A DNA stretch of 51,297 nt, taken from a virus (lineage: Duplodnaviria; Caudoviricetes). The notes under the pieces are model-generated. The model was not told the DNA's origin. It saw only the letters and a program-made list of their open reading frames with translations, and searched no databases. This document shows, piece after piece, positions 28,160 through 37,018 of this stretch. The translations under genes were made by a program, and so were the position numbers. Numbering within the stretch: position 1 is the first letter of the stretch; each line of letters begins with the position of its first letter. Location of the stretch: positions 1 to 51,297 of the IMG/VR virus record IMGVR_UViG_3300013111_000216. One strand, 5' to 3'.

Positions 28160-28489
28160 TTGCCTGTTCCTTTTAACTACCACAGTGAGCATAAATTGGA
28201 CTACACACAACATTTCGATGAAAGATTCCAGAAACATCTAGGATCGTCACCAACGCGATCCTTTGTACGGCGAGCTCTTTTCATCGGCAAATCGTTGGCT
28301 AAACAGATCCCTTATAGAGATCAGGAGAAGTTCTCCTGTACTATTCAATATGAGGGATCTTTTTATCAGTTTGTCTATTCACCTGATACTAAGAAGCTGA
28401 TCACGATGTGGCCGATGCAGGAACAAACCAACGAGGACACGGAGGATGTTCAGGAAGATTCGGAAGTTACTAGACCACCGTCAGTGTAG
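28160..28489 (+). CDS. Hypothetical protein, possible RelE/DUF4258-like RNase fold
   Basis: YTQHFDERF at the N-terminus and FVYS...KLITMW at the C-terminus. Confidence 0.4.
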   Translation: MPVPFNYHSEHKLDYTQHFDERFQKHLGSSPTRSFVRRALFIGKSLAKQIPYRDQEKFSCTIQYEGSFYQFVYSPDTKKLITMWPMQEQTNEDTEDVQEDSEVTRPPSV

Positions 28490-28649
28490 AAAGTGTGGGA
28501 AGTGGTCAGGGACTGTGATTCACACGGTACCCGGCGAACACGTAGGAGACAAACCGATCAATGTTTGCTGGACTTGTTTAGAAGCCCACTTCGGCTTCGG
28601 CAAGTTCAATACCTACGTCAAAGATAGGAAAAAGTGGTGGAAATTGTAA
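28446..28649 (+). CDS. Small Zn-ribbon protein
   Basis: CRKC...CWTC; GGAGG RBS. Confidence 0.55.
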   Translation: MFRKIRKLLDHRQCRKCGKWSGTVIHTVPGEHVGDKPINVCWTCLEAHFGFGKFNTYVKDRKKWWKL

Positions 28650-28655
28650 ACTATC

Positions 28656-28670
28656 GTTCCATATTGTAAC
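28656..28670. promoter_or_regulatory. parS-like palindrome copy 7 (GTTCCA-TAT-TGTAAC)
   Basis: Matches consensus, intergenic. Confidence 0.65.
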
Positions 28671-28741
28671 ACATCTATGGCAGTTTCAGGCGTTAGCCTG
28701 TTTCCTATGGTTCCTGCCTCAACCGAACACGGAGGCAGAAG

Positions 28742-30283
28742 ATGTCTACTTTTAATTACTACGTAGATTGGGAGGCCGCACCTGGCGGCGACGGTTCTAT
28801 CGGCACACCGTTCCAGACAATCGACGAGGCGCGTGCCGAAACAGGAGCAAAGATACTTGACACGACAATCGGTGCGGGTGATCTTGTATACTGGCAGATC
28901 GCCCCTGGAACATATCGTGAGGAAGTTTCAACATCTAATTACAAAGTTGCAGATGTTGATCTTACTATACGAAGCACGGGCTCTGCTCCGGTCATTGTCA
29001 AAGCCTCTGAAGTTGAGAGCTCTTGGACCGCCGATACAGGGTCGATATACTATTGTACGTGGACCAACGATTGGTGGGTTTCCCTCGACGATGAAGGACT
29101 AATCTACGGCGGTGTCCAGTATGACGCCGGATGGGATGCTTGGTGGTCTTCCGTTGACGGCCCTTGGTATTATATGCTAGAGGCTGCTTACGACACTACG
29201 GTTGGAGACGCAAGGGCGCAGATGTTATCTCGAAGAGAAGGAGTATTTGTCAATGAGACTACCCCGCTCCTTCAGGTTCTTTCAAAAGACGATATGGTGG
29301 CCGGGACTTTCTTTGTAGACCAGACGGCGGACCGCATCTATGTTTGGCTCGCAGACTCGTCCGACCCAGCTAATCACACAATGGAACTGACGTCTCGCGA
29401 CAGATGTTTTGACTTCGACAACATGGCAGACATAAGGTTCGAGCGAATCAACACGCTCCACTCTGGTCTCCGTGGCTTCGACGTTATTACATCGACTAAC
29501 GTGAGATTCACACGGTGCCGTGCTGAGTGGAACGTAAACATGGGTGTGCAGACAAACAACTGTAGCTCCATCCAGCAGATTAGGTCTCACTTTGATAACA
29601 ACGGAGATCTTGGTTGGTCCTGTGCATTTTGTGGAGAAGGAGGAACCCTGACGTGCGATTGTCTCAGTGCTAACTACAACAACTGGCATGGCGCGAACGC
29701 AGATGCAGGCAACTGGAGAGTAGCAGGCATTAAGTTCTACGCTGTTGCTCATGTGACTATTAATAATTTGACTGCGATTGGCAACTACACCTATGGCCTA
29801 TGGTTCGACCGTTGGTGTTGTGACATCGAGATTAACCACCCGTACCTTGTTAACAACTACGGGCCGGGATTGTTCTGGGAGATTTCACCAGGACCGTGCG
29901 TGATCAACTACCCGACTATCACCGGGAACGGTCTGCACGATGCGATACAACCAGCTCTAACCACACACGACTGCGGAGTGCTAATCAACTCTGCGTCGAA
30001 CATAACTATGAACTACCCCAAGATATGGGGCAATCACGGGAAACAGTGGTACATAGAAAACAGCGGTAGACAGGCACGCCTCTGGGGTGAATACGGGGAG
30101 CTGGACGAATACTCGGCCGCTATCAACGTAACCGATCACGTTATCAGGCGCAAACTTGACGACGGCGAACAATTCATAGAAACATACGGTTCCAACTCAG
30201 TCTTATCAGCCTATTGGAACCTCTTAACGGTCACCCCGTCTCGGGCAGAAACAGAACTGGAACCCGAACTTGACCAAGGATAA
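28742..30283 (+). CDS. Right-handed parallel beta-helix protein (pectin lyase-like, DUF1565-type N-terminus)
   Basis: YYVD...GDGS...PFQTI..A and IAPGTYRE, then Asn-ladder repeats (N...G...) with GIKF and GLWFD. Confidence 0.8.
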   Translation: MSTFNYYVDWEAAPGGDGSIGTPFQTIDEARAETGAKILDTTIGAGDLVYWQIAPGTYREEVSTSNYKVADVDLTIRSTGSAPVIVKASEVESSWTADTGSIYYCTWTNDWWVSLDDEGLIYGGVQYDAGWDAWWSSVDGPWYYMLEAAYDTTVGDARAQMLSRREGVFVNETTPLLQVLSKDDMVAGTFFVDQTADRIYVWLADSSDPANHTMELTSRDRCFDFDNMADIRFERINTLHSGLRGFDVITSTNVRFTRCRAEWNVNMGVQTNNCSSIQQIRSHFDNNGDLGWSCAFCGEGGTLTCDCLSANYNNWHGANADAGNWRVAGIKFYAVAHVTINNLTAIGNYTYGLWFDRWCCDIEINHPYLVNNYGPGLFWEISPGPCVINYPTITGNGLHDAIQPALTTHDCGVLINSASNITMNYPKIWGNHGKQWYIENSGRQARLWGEYGELDEYSAAINVTDHVIRRKLDDGEQFIETYGSNSVLSAYWNLLTVTPSRAETELEPELDQG

Positions 30284-31037
30284 ACTGAAAAAGGAGGACA
30301 ACGATGTGTTAGTTCAACAGTATAGAGTTAACAGAACAGATGATGCAGCGGCCCGGCCACGTAGGTGGAACGCAATCCTAATGTGTCTCTACGACTACGA
30401 ACCTATCCACGATAGGATAAAGGAGAGAGAAGCCGGACACGATGCGGTTTTCTTCTTCATTCCCGTAGAAAGGCCGCGTACATTCATCAAGAAAATCGTG
30501 GACATGTATCACCCACACGTGGTAGACAAACTCCTTTGGAGTGACATCAATCATGCTTTCACGTGGCTACAAAACACCTGTGAGTGTGGTGACCGACGTA
30601 AAGCAAAGGGTTGGGAGGCAAGGGTAATGGGTGACCTTCCTCCACTGGCTAAAAACAGACTAGAACGGGAAGAAGTAGCTTGGGAAGAAGAAACTCCATC
30701 CAACCTCAGTAAACAAATCAACGATTTTCTCAAGCAAACAAGAAAAAAGAAAGGCACCAAGATGACTTCAAAAGATCGTCTCGATAGGTGGTGGAGAGAC
30801 GTAAACGCCGCCATGCATCTTATCAACGTCAAGCCAACAAAGGAGGAGGGTAGCACCTCTCTCGAAATCAACGTCGCTTGGCCTCTCAGCATCGCACCAA
30901 CGAAAAGCGAAATCGCTCGTATGACAACCATGTGGGAGGATAACTCTCCTCCTAATTTTGAAATCGACGACGTTTCGTTCGATGGAGAAGATAGTGAAGT
31001 AATCTTCAACGTTACCGTCACAGCACCAGAAGACTAG
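30270..31037 (+). CDS. Hypothetical protein
   Basis: 255-aa ORF; start may be GTG at ~30306 after AGGAGG. Confidence 0.6.
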   Translation: MTKDKLKKEDNDVLVQQYRVNRTDDAAARPRRWNAILMCLYDYEPIHDRIKEREAGHDAVFFFIPVERPRTFIKKIVDMYHPHVVDKLLWSDINHAFTWLQNTCECGDRRKAKGWEARVMGDLPPLAKNRLEREEVAWEEETPSNLSKQINDFLKQTRKKKGTKMTSKDRLDRWWRDVNAAMHLINVKPTKEEGSTSLEINVAWPLSIAPTKSEIARMTTMWEDNSPPNFEIDDVSFDGEDSEVIFNVTVTAPED

Positions 31038-31044
31038 TCACATT

Positions 31045-31067
31045 AGCAGGCCTTCGGGTCTGCTTTT
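31045..31067 (+). terminator. Intrinsic terminator (cUUCGg tetraloop)
   Basis: AGCAGGCC-TTCG-GGTCTGCT followed by TTT. Confidence 0.65.
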
Positions 31068-31069
31068 CT

Positions 31070-31142
31070 GGATCACAAGCTCAGTAGGAAGAGCAAGGGC
31101 CTTTTAAGCCCGAGGTTCTGGGTTCGATCCCCAGGTGATCCA
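31070..31142 (+). tRNA. tRNA-Lys(TTT)
   Basis: Full cloverleaf: GGATCAC/GTGATCC, GCTC/GAGC, GGGC-CTTTTAA-GCCC, CTGGG-TTCGATC-CCCAG; A at position 8, no encoded CCA. Confidence 0.85.
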
Positions 31143-31157
31143 CAAAGGAGGTTGATT

Positions 31158-31391
31158 ATGAACTTATACACAGTAATACCTGTAAGCGATCAAGGTATTC
31201 TTGATTACTTGGAAACTGAATTCTTTAATAAAAAGAACGCTAAGAAAGCCGCTCTTAACTACATAGGTGCAGGATACACCGATGCTCTTATCAAAGAGTG
31301 GACAGTTGTTGCTACTGGTAAAACCGTAGCCACAACAGGCATGGGAAACTATAGTACTAGAATTTATACGAGAGAGGGATTGGATGGATAA
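31158..31391 (+). CDS. Hypothetical protein
   Basis: AGGAGG RBS. Confidence 0.6.
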   Translation: MNLYTVIPVSDQGILDYLETEFFNKKNAKKAALNYIGAGYTDALIKEWTVVATGKTVATTGMGNYSTRIYTREGLDG

Positions 31392-31812
31392 AATCAAAGA
31401 GTGGGAGTACCACTACGTTTATATCGGACAAACTCGGATAGAAAACATCCGGCAGTATAAAGATAGTGTAAACATGGTAGTCTTATTCAAGCTCGAGATA
31501 TCATACCTCCGAACTTGGCAAAACACAGGTGTACTTGAAGAGGTATGGGAACGGGCTATTCGAACACTACCTAACTTTAGGTTCTTAGGATGGGACAGAA
31601 AGACTTATCGCACGCACGTGGGCTTCGCCGTAGAGATCCCAATGCGCATCGTTGGCGACCGGACAACCGACTTAAAGGACTTATTACTACGCAAGTTAAG
31701 GTTAGACGTCTTACATCGCATGACGAATACCAAGCCTATCGAGAGCTCGCACCTACTAGAGCCACCACCAACGAGAAAAGAAAATACTGGAATTCTGTCT
31801 ACGAGGAGGTAA
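31384..31812 (+). CDS. Hypothetical protein
   Basis: Coupled ORF. Confidence 0.5.
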   Translation: MDKIKEWEYHYVYIGQTRIENIRQYKDSVNMVVLFKLEISYLRTWQNTGVLEEVWERAIRTLPNFRFLGWDRKTYRTHVGFAVEIPMRIVGDRTTDLKDLLLRKLRLDVLHRMTNTKPIESSHLLEPPPTRKENTGILSTRR

Positions 31813-31818
31813 AACCCC

Positions 31819-32178
31819 GTGAATCACCGAGAGATCGCCATGCGAGTTTTAATGCACACCTACGACGGATTATCTCCGAGGGACTTCGACCCGGACAATC
31901 CTATCTCAGTGCTCAAAGCTCAGATAATCCGCAGTCAGAACGGTAAAGACTGTGCGACACTAACTATCCCCATCAACCTTGCATTCCGGAGATGGTTTCC
32001 CGAAGAGTATCAGAACATAACTAAATCCGAAACACGTGGTTGTCAGTGTCCTCACTGTGGCGAGTCTACAAGCGTCACGCTTGTGGAAAACCAGTGGATT
32101 ATCAATAGACATATGTCCTCTCTAGGAGGCTTCTGTGCAGGTGAAGGTATGGCCGCCTCTCTGGGGGATCTATTCTAA
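31819..32178 (+). CDS. Hypothetical protein with a C-terminal Zn ribbon
   Basis: CPHCG...H...C; GGAGG RBS. Confidence 0.55.
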   Translation: MNHREIAMRVLMHTYDGLSPRDFDPDNPISVLKAQIIRSQNGKDCATLTIPINLAFRRWFPEEYQNITKSETRGCQCPHCGESTSVTLVENQWIINRHMSSLGGFCAGEGMAASLGDLF

Positions 32179-32247
32179 TGATCGAGAAACTCTTCATTCT
32201 TTTTTTTGTCATTTGTGTTTTGATTTCCATCTTTGGAGGACGACGAG

Positions 32248-32754
32248 ATGAGTGACCAACAACTCCCCGAGGTTATCCAGTTGCCGCAAGTCGGAGGGAT
32301 TAACCGCTTTGTCTATGAAGAACTATTACGTTATCGAAGAAAGATGGAGAATATCATCAATTGCTCAGACTTCCTTAACGACACTTGTACTATTTTTAAT
32401 AGCGACTGGGAGAATCTTAGACATAACAATATGGATGTTTTATACACATTCAGTGGTTCCGCAAAGGAACTTAACGAAATGGCGGGGAAACTAACCTCTT
32501 TATTTGCCAACAACCCTGCACCGTATCTATTCTCACAACACTCAATCAAATGGTCTACGTGGCGATTTGGCATCTGTGTACGCGCCATCATTACTCCCGC
32601 AGAGGAACACAAAGAACGTCTCATAGAGGCAATAGGGGATTTAGTAGACTGGACCGATAATTGTTTTACTATGCACGTAGGAACACCTAAGACAGTGACG
32701 CTCTGTAGCGAGGAGGCTCGCGCAGCTTTTGAAGACGGTAGTGGTTTGTATTAA
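32248..32754 (+). CDS. Hypothetical protein
   Basis: GGAGG RBS before ATG 32248. Confidence 0.55.
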   Translation: MSDQQLPEVIQLPQVGGINRFVYEELLRYRRKMENIINCSDFLNDTCTIFNSDWENLRHNNMDVLYTFSGSAKELNEMAGKLTSLFANNPAPYLFSQHSIKWSTWRFGICVRAIITPAEEHKERLIEAIGDLVDWTDNCFTMHVGTPKTVTLCSEEARAAFEDGSGLY

Positions 32755-32763
32755 GGAGGAGAA

Positions 32764-33303
32764 ATGAGTGTGAAACGGTACGGGTCACCTCGGTCACAAT
32801 TACCCGAGCGACCTTACGGACATTTTGTAGAGTATGAAGACTACGACTCCCTCCGCGCCAGTTATAAAGAAGACGCCAAGCATCTTGAGGAGGTGTGTGA
32901 GAGCGCTAAGAAAGAAATAGACAGGCTCCGCGCCGATTATAAGGCCGCAGTATCCCTATTAGATAGTTTTGCTGAGTATATGGGCTACAAAGATGGGCAG
33001 TGGGCGGACGCTCATGGGGTACTTGAAGATATTGATGAATTAGATGATGCTTCGCTCCCCAAGTATCTTGAAAACCTCCGCGCCGAGCTGAAGGGTGAGG
33101 CCGCGCTGCGTGAGTTTGAGGAAAACAAGGTTGAACAATTGGAGAGACAACTAGCAGAAGCCCGCGCCAACGAGCGTGAACGATGTGCGAAGGTGTGTGA
33201 CACAATGGTACAGGAACACCACAAGCCTAATGAACGCATAACGCTTGAGGCTATAGCAGCCCATGAGTGCGCTCGGCGCATCCGACAACTGGAGGACGAG
33301 TGA
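32764..33303 (+). CDS. Coiled-coil hypothetical protein
   Basis: G.FV.YEDY N-terminus and ERERCAKVCD motif common in phage early proteins. Confidence 0.65.
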   Translation: MSVKRYGSPRSQLPERPYGHFVEYEDYDSLRASYKEDAKHLEEVCESAKKEIDRLRADYKAAVSLLDSFAEYMGYKDGQWADAHGVLEDIDELDDASLPKYLENLRAELKGEAALREFEENKVEQLERQLAEARANERERCAKVCDTMVQEHHKPNERITLEAIAAHECARRIRQLEDE

Positions 33304-33476
33304 TGTCTGACAAACTAACCGACCTCAAGCCGTGTCCGTTTTGTGGGAGTAAAGCAGAGCTTTTGAACATGGGAGAGGATTTCCCACACATCGTTGTTTG
33401 CACAAACTGCGGTTCGGCAGGAGCTACATATGAAACCGAACAGGAGGCCATCGAAGCATGGAACAAGAGAAGCTGA
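33303..33476 (+). CDS. Lar-family (restriction alleviation) Zn-finger protein
   Basis: LKPCPFCG...VVCTNCG...EAIEAWNKR. Confidence 0.75.
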   Translation: MSDKLTDLKPCPFCGSKAELLNMGEDFPHIVVCTNCGSAGATYETEQEAIEAWNKRS

Positions 33477-33729
33477 CCGACCAAGACTTGAAGCGGCTGG
33501 CGAGGGCGATTGGAGGTGAGTGATGGAGTGGTTACCGTTTGTATCTCTTGGACTGTTAGCTATAGGCTCGTTTGCTCTTTTAGCTATCCTTTTGACAGCT
33601 CTTGCGAGAGAACTCTTTAAGAAGGAGCCCACCGATGACACCGACTGAGGGAATGAATATGGACTGTGAGCGAAGCGAACAGATAATCCGCGCCGCCCTC
33701 ATTCTCGCGGCGAACAAGAAAGGTGAAAG

Positions 33730-33975
33730 ATGACTGACAAAGACATGCTCGACATCGGCTTCGAGCGATTCAACTTCCACGGCAACCCAGTCTGGACGGA
33801 GAAACGTCTCAAAGGACGCCACGCTGATTTTTCTCTCTGTTATAAGTGTGCCAAGTTGCGCACCTATGATAGGGAGCAAAACTGCGATATGGCTAACACA
33901 CTGTACGATTTCGTTCGTAAGAACGGCGGAGTGGCAGTCCGTATGTACTGCCCTGACTTCATCATGAGAGATTAA
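33730..33975 (+). CDS. Small Cys-containing hypothetical protein
   Basis: CYKC...C...CPDF. Confidence 0.55.
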   Translation: MTDKDMLDIGFERFNFHGNPVWTEKRLKGRHADFSLCYKCAKLRTYDREQNCDMANTLYDFVRKNGGVAVRMYCPDFIMRD

Positions 33976-33976
33976 G

Positions 33977-34252
33977 ATGACTATTGACATCATGGACAGT
34001 TTTGTCCGTAGCAGAGTAGCACCTGCTATTCAGAAGTTAAGCACCGTAGACGCTTTGTTTTACTTCCAGTTCTGCGTCAAAATAACTCATAGCTCCGTTA
34101 ATGACTACGACGATAAGAAAGACAAGTCTATTCTGTTGAGGTTACTCAAAGAAGAATACGACTACACCTATACCTTTGACACTTTCTATGACCGCATGAA
34201 AGGGTGGACACTCAGTTGTTCGTGGGGCAAAGTTGAGGAACAGAAACAGTGA
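33977..34252 (+). CDS. Hypothetical protein
   Basis: ORF in operon. Confidence 0.5.
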   Translation: MTIDIMDSFVRSRVAPAIQKLSTVDALFYFQFCVKITHSSVNDYDDKKDKSILLRLLKEEYDYTYTFDTFYDRMKGWTLSCSWGKVEEQKQ

Positions 34253-34452
34253 ACGAAGATATAACTGAATACGAATTCCTACCCCCGGAGTACGTCTTGA
34301 TCAAACGCAAGCATAAGGACGACACTAAGCTTGGTGGATCTTTGGTGCCATGCAAGATCATAGGATTCGAAGCGGAGGGTACAATCCTAACGATTGATGT
34401 GGACCTAACGAGAGTGCTCCAGATGGGGGGCTCCCATTCTAGCACACCGTAA
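34249..34452 (+). CDS. Hypothetical protein
   Basis: GTGA coupling. Confidence 0.45.
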   Translation: MNEDITEYEFLPPEYVLIKRKHKDDTKLGGSLVPCKIIGFEAEGTILTIDVDLTRVLQMGGSHSSTP

Positions 34453-34457
34453 CAATT

Positions 34458-34481
34458 TATTACGTATATTACACATATTAC
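34458..34481. repeat. TATTAC x3 with 9-bp period
   Basis: Shares TTTATTACGTATATTACA with the 25226 array; intergenic. Confidence 0.7.
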
Positions 34482-34505
34482 GGCAACAGTTCGGAGTTCT
34501 TTACC

Positions 34506-34829
34506 ATGCCAAGAGACCTTGTTCTAAACGCAAGAGTCGATACAACCTCTGTCGCGTCCATTGCGCATTTTATGCAAAACATTCGACAGCACCCCTCCAA
34601 GTCGTCCCTCATTGGCGACTCCATCGACGTACTCGCATCTATTCTTATCAAGCAGGGCAAAGCAAAAGTGTTCACTCAGGAGGAAGCCTATGGCTACCTA
34701 AACGAAATCGGTCTCGGTAATCTCAAGACCAAGTTGGAGGACTTGGCAGAAGATATCGCGACTGGTCCTGAAGTTACGCCAGACCTCCAGCGGATAATGG
34801 AGGAGTACAACAAAACCGATGAGGAGTAA
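34506..34829 (+). CDS. Hypothetical protein, possibly DNA-binding
   Basis: ORF with GGAG RBS. Confidence 0.55.
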   Translation: MPRDLVLNARVDTTSVASIAHFMQNIRQHPSKSSLIGDSIDVLASILIKQGKAKVFTQEEAYGYLNEIGLGNLKTKLEDLAEDIATGPEVTPDLQRIMEEYNKTDEE

Positions 34830-34833
34830 TTCT

Positions 34834-35310
34834 ATGGGTAAAACTAACGCCCAAGAACTGTTCGACAAGATCCAGGACGGGGACGTCGAAGGCGTGAAAG
34901 ACGCCAAGATGGAAGGTGACGAAGTTGTCATCGAGCCCGAAGATGGTTACATCGTGATCTCTGTCGCACACCCGAAGTCCGGCAACGAGTGCAAGTTCCT
35001 CCACCACATCGGTGGGTCGCTTGCAGAAGCCCAGGACATCTACACCGACGAGTTGATCTTCGACGGGTTCCGTCGCCAACTCGTTATCGCCGCGCAGGGA
35101 GTAGGCCGCGCTCTTCTCGATCAAGGCTATGAACCGGCGAAGGTCGAGGAAGAGATGGCAGAGTGGACCTATGGCACCAAGCGCAAGGGTACCCGCAAAG
35201 ACAGCCAGAAGGCTCTCTTGGGTCAACTCGAAGGCGATTCGGTGGACGAAGTTATCGAGTCCCTCAACAAGGCTCGCGAAGAGATGGGCCTGCCGCCACT
35301 CGAACTCTAA
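34834..35310 (+). CDS. Hypothetical acidic protein
   Basis: GAGGAG RBS; strongly C-ending codon usage suggests high expression. Confidence 0.7.
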   Translation: MGKTNAQELFDKIQDGDVEGVKDAKMEGDEVVIEPEDGYIVISVAHPKSGNECKFLHHIGGSLAEAQDIYTDELIFDGFRRQLVIAAQGVGRALLDQGYEPAKVEEEMAEWTYGTKRKGTRKDSQKALLGQLEGDSVDEVIESLNKAREEMGLPPLEL

Positions 35311-35321
35311 CCCGGAGACAT

Positions 35322-35394
35322 CTGGTCGTGGTGTAATGTCAACACGCCTGCAATTCCCCCGCAGGTACTGCCGGTTAAAGTCCGGTCGGCCAGA
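35322..35394 (+). tRNA. Degenerate tRNA-Gly(TCC)-like gene
   Basis: CTGGTCG/CGGCCAG acceptor, GTGT/ACAC D stem, CCTGC/GCAGG with 9-nt loop AATTCCCCC, T loop TTAAAGT. Confidence 0.55.
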
Positions 35395-35816
35395 TGTTTA
35401 TTGTTATGTCTATTTACGACGACATTCTGAAAAATCTACAAGATCGTATGCAAGAGAATATGCGTGAAGAGTTCTCTTTCCACCGAGCATTTGATCAAAA
35501 CGTGAAATATCACAAAGGGTTTGTTCTAATCAAAGATATTAATGGACGACTGAGAGCATTCACAGTTAAAAACAAACCACTATGCCCGTGGGTCTTTCGA
35601 AATTTAGAACAAGCAAAGAAGTTTGCTGACTATGTAGACAAAAAGGCAAAACCTCACATGAGACACTCTTATGATCCAAGATGGAAGTCTGAAGCAAGAG
35701 AATACGTCATAACAGTTTGTGACGCTTGGATAGAGTCAGGTGGGGGTTATCCCGAAGCTATTAGATTGATGAATAAATTAGACACTGCTATGAGTCAGCA
35801 AGATTTTGGTTTATAG
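35394..35816 (+). CDS. Hypothetical protein
   Basis: ORF; start probably 35406. Confidence 0.55.
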   Translation: MFIVMSIYDDILKNLQDRMQENMREEFSFHRAFDQNVKYHKGFVLIKDINGRLRAFTVKNKPLCPWVFRNLEQAKKFADYVDKKAKPHMRHSYDPRWKSEAREYVITVCDAWIESGGGYPEAIRLMNKLDTAMSQQDFGL

Positions 35817-35820
35817 AAGC

Positions 35821-35835
35821 GTTACATTTTGTAAC
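35821..35835. promoter_or_regulatory. parS-like palindrome copy 8 (GTTACA-TTT-TGTAAC)
   Basis: Inverted repeat, intergenic. Confidence 0.7.
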
Positions 35836-35845
35836 AGGTCTTACC

Positions 35846-37018
35846 ATGAAAAAAGCAGATTGGTTACTAACTGCACAAGAATACGGGGCGGATGAAGCAG
35901 AGATAGAAACCCTATCTAAGCTAACCATCCCGAAGATTCGCCAGTCTATCGCCATGCACCTACTTGGCCCCGAGGCAGACTGGCGGGAGAGACATCGCAT
36001 CCTCATGGACTCTCCTATGCTTTGTTCCCAATCTAAACACATGACCAAGAGTGTAATCAACGAACTGTTCGTCTCCAAGGATTGGGCGTTCGAGAAGAAG
36101 ATCGACGGCGTTCGAGCTCTTGCTTATTACGATCAAGAATCACACACCAAGTGGAAAATATTCGGCAGGAATTATACTGTGTCTCATACCCCGGCCGACT
36201 TTACCTACCACGTAGGTATTGCTCCCACCGAGATTCCTTACAAACAACTGATTCTCGACTGTGAGATAACCATCCCAGAGGATTACGTCGATCTGTTTAA
36301 CGCCCGTACTGTTCAAGACGCTACCTCTGGCCTACTCACTATGACAGAAGAACACGCCATGGACGTACAAGTGGCGAACGGCTTCAGACTTACTATCAAC
36401 CCGTTCGACGTCCTTAGAATTGACTCCACAAGAATTGGCGGGTTGTCCTATGTTAACCGCGCCAAGTTCTTACGCAACCTAACTCTCCCCGACTCTTTTG
36501 AATGCGTCCCCCAGACATGGGATAAGAAGACAAAGTTCCTAAATCAAATCTGGATGGAAGGCGGCGAAGGGGTGGTTGTCAAGTATGCCCATGGCTTCTA
36601 CCATCCGAACGAACGACGCGGACACAAAGAGTGGATCAAGATAAAGCGTGATATGGAGAGTGAGCTTATGACCGACATTGACGCTTTCATCGGAGGTTTT
36701 GAAGATGCACGAGAGGGAAGTAGATTCCGCGATCGAGGATGGATCGGTGCTGTTAAATTCTACGTTCATATCTCAGACGAGAATGATAGAATTCACCACA
36801 TTGCTACCGTCTCAGGTATGCCGGATAGTCTTCGAGAGGCCATGTCAAAGCAACCCGAACTCTACCTCGACCGAGTCTACCCCATCAACGGAATGGACGT
36901 GTCTAGTCGAAACTACAGACTCAGCCACGCAACATGTGACTGGAACAGATACAAATTCGATAAACTAGAATACTCATGCAGGATTGCATGGAAAACCCTG
37001 GAGGACAACATTAGATGA
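35846..37018 (+). CDS. lig: ATP-dependent DNA ligase
   Basis: Motif I EKKIDGVR, III ILDCEI, IIIa PFDVL, IV EGVVVK, V WIKIK. Confidence 0.85.
   Translation: MKKADWLLTAQEYGADEAEIETLSKLTIPKIRQSIAMHLLGPEADWRERHRILMDSPMLCSQSKHMTKSVINELFVSKDWAFEKKIDGVRALAYYDQESHTKWKIFGRNYTVSHTPADFTYHVGIAPTEIPYKQLILDCEITIPEDYVDLFNARTVQDATSGLLTMTEEHAMDVQVANGFRLTINPFDVLRIDSTRIGGLSYVNRAKFLRNLTLPDSFECVPQTWDKKTKFLNQIWMEGGEGVVVKYAHGFYHPNERRGHKEWIKIKRDMESELMTDIDAFIGGFEDAREGSRFRDRGWIGAVKFYVHISDENDRIHHIATVSGMPDSLREAMSKQPELYLDRVYPINGMDVSSRNYRLSHATCDWNRYKFDKLEYSCRIAWKTLEDNIR

Noticed and set aside
23330-35310. Paralogy between ORFs 23330..23794 and 34834..35310 (shared I.AQG..R)
   Set aside because: The similarity is too short to support without an alignment or structure comparison
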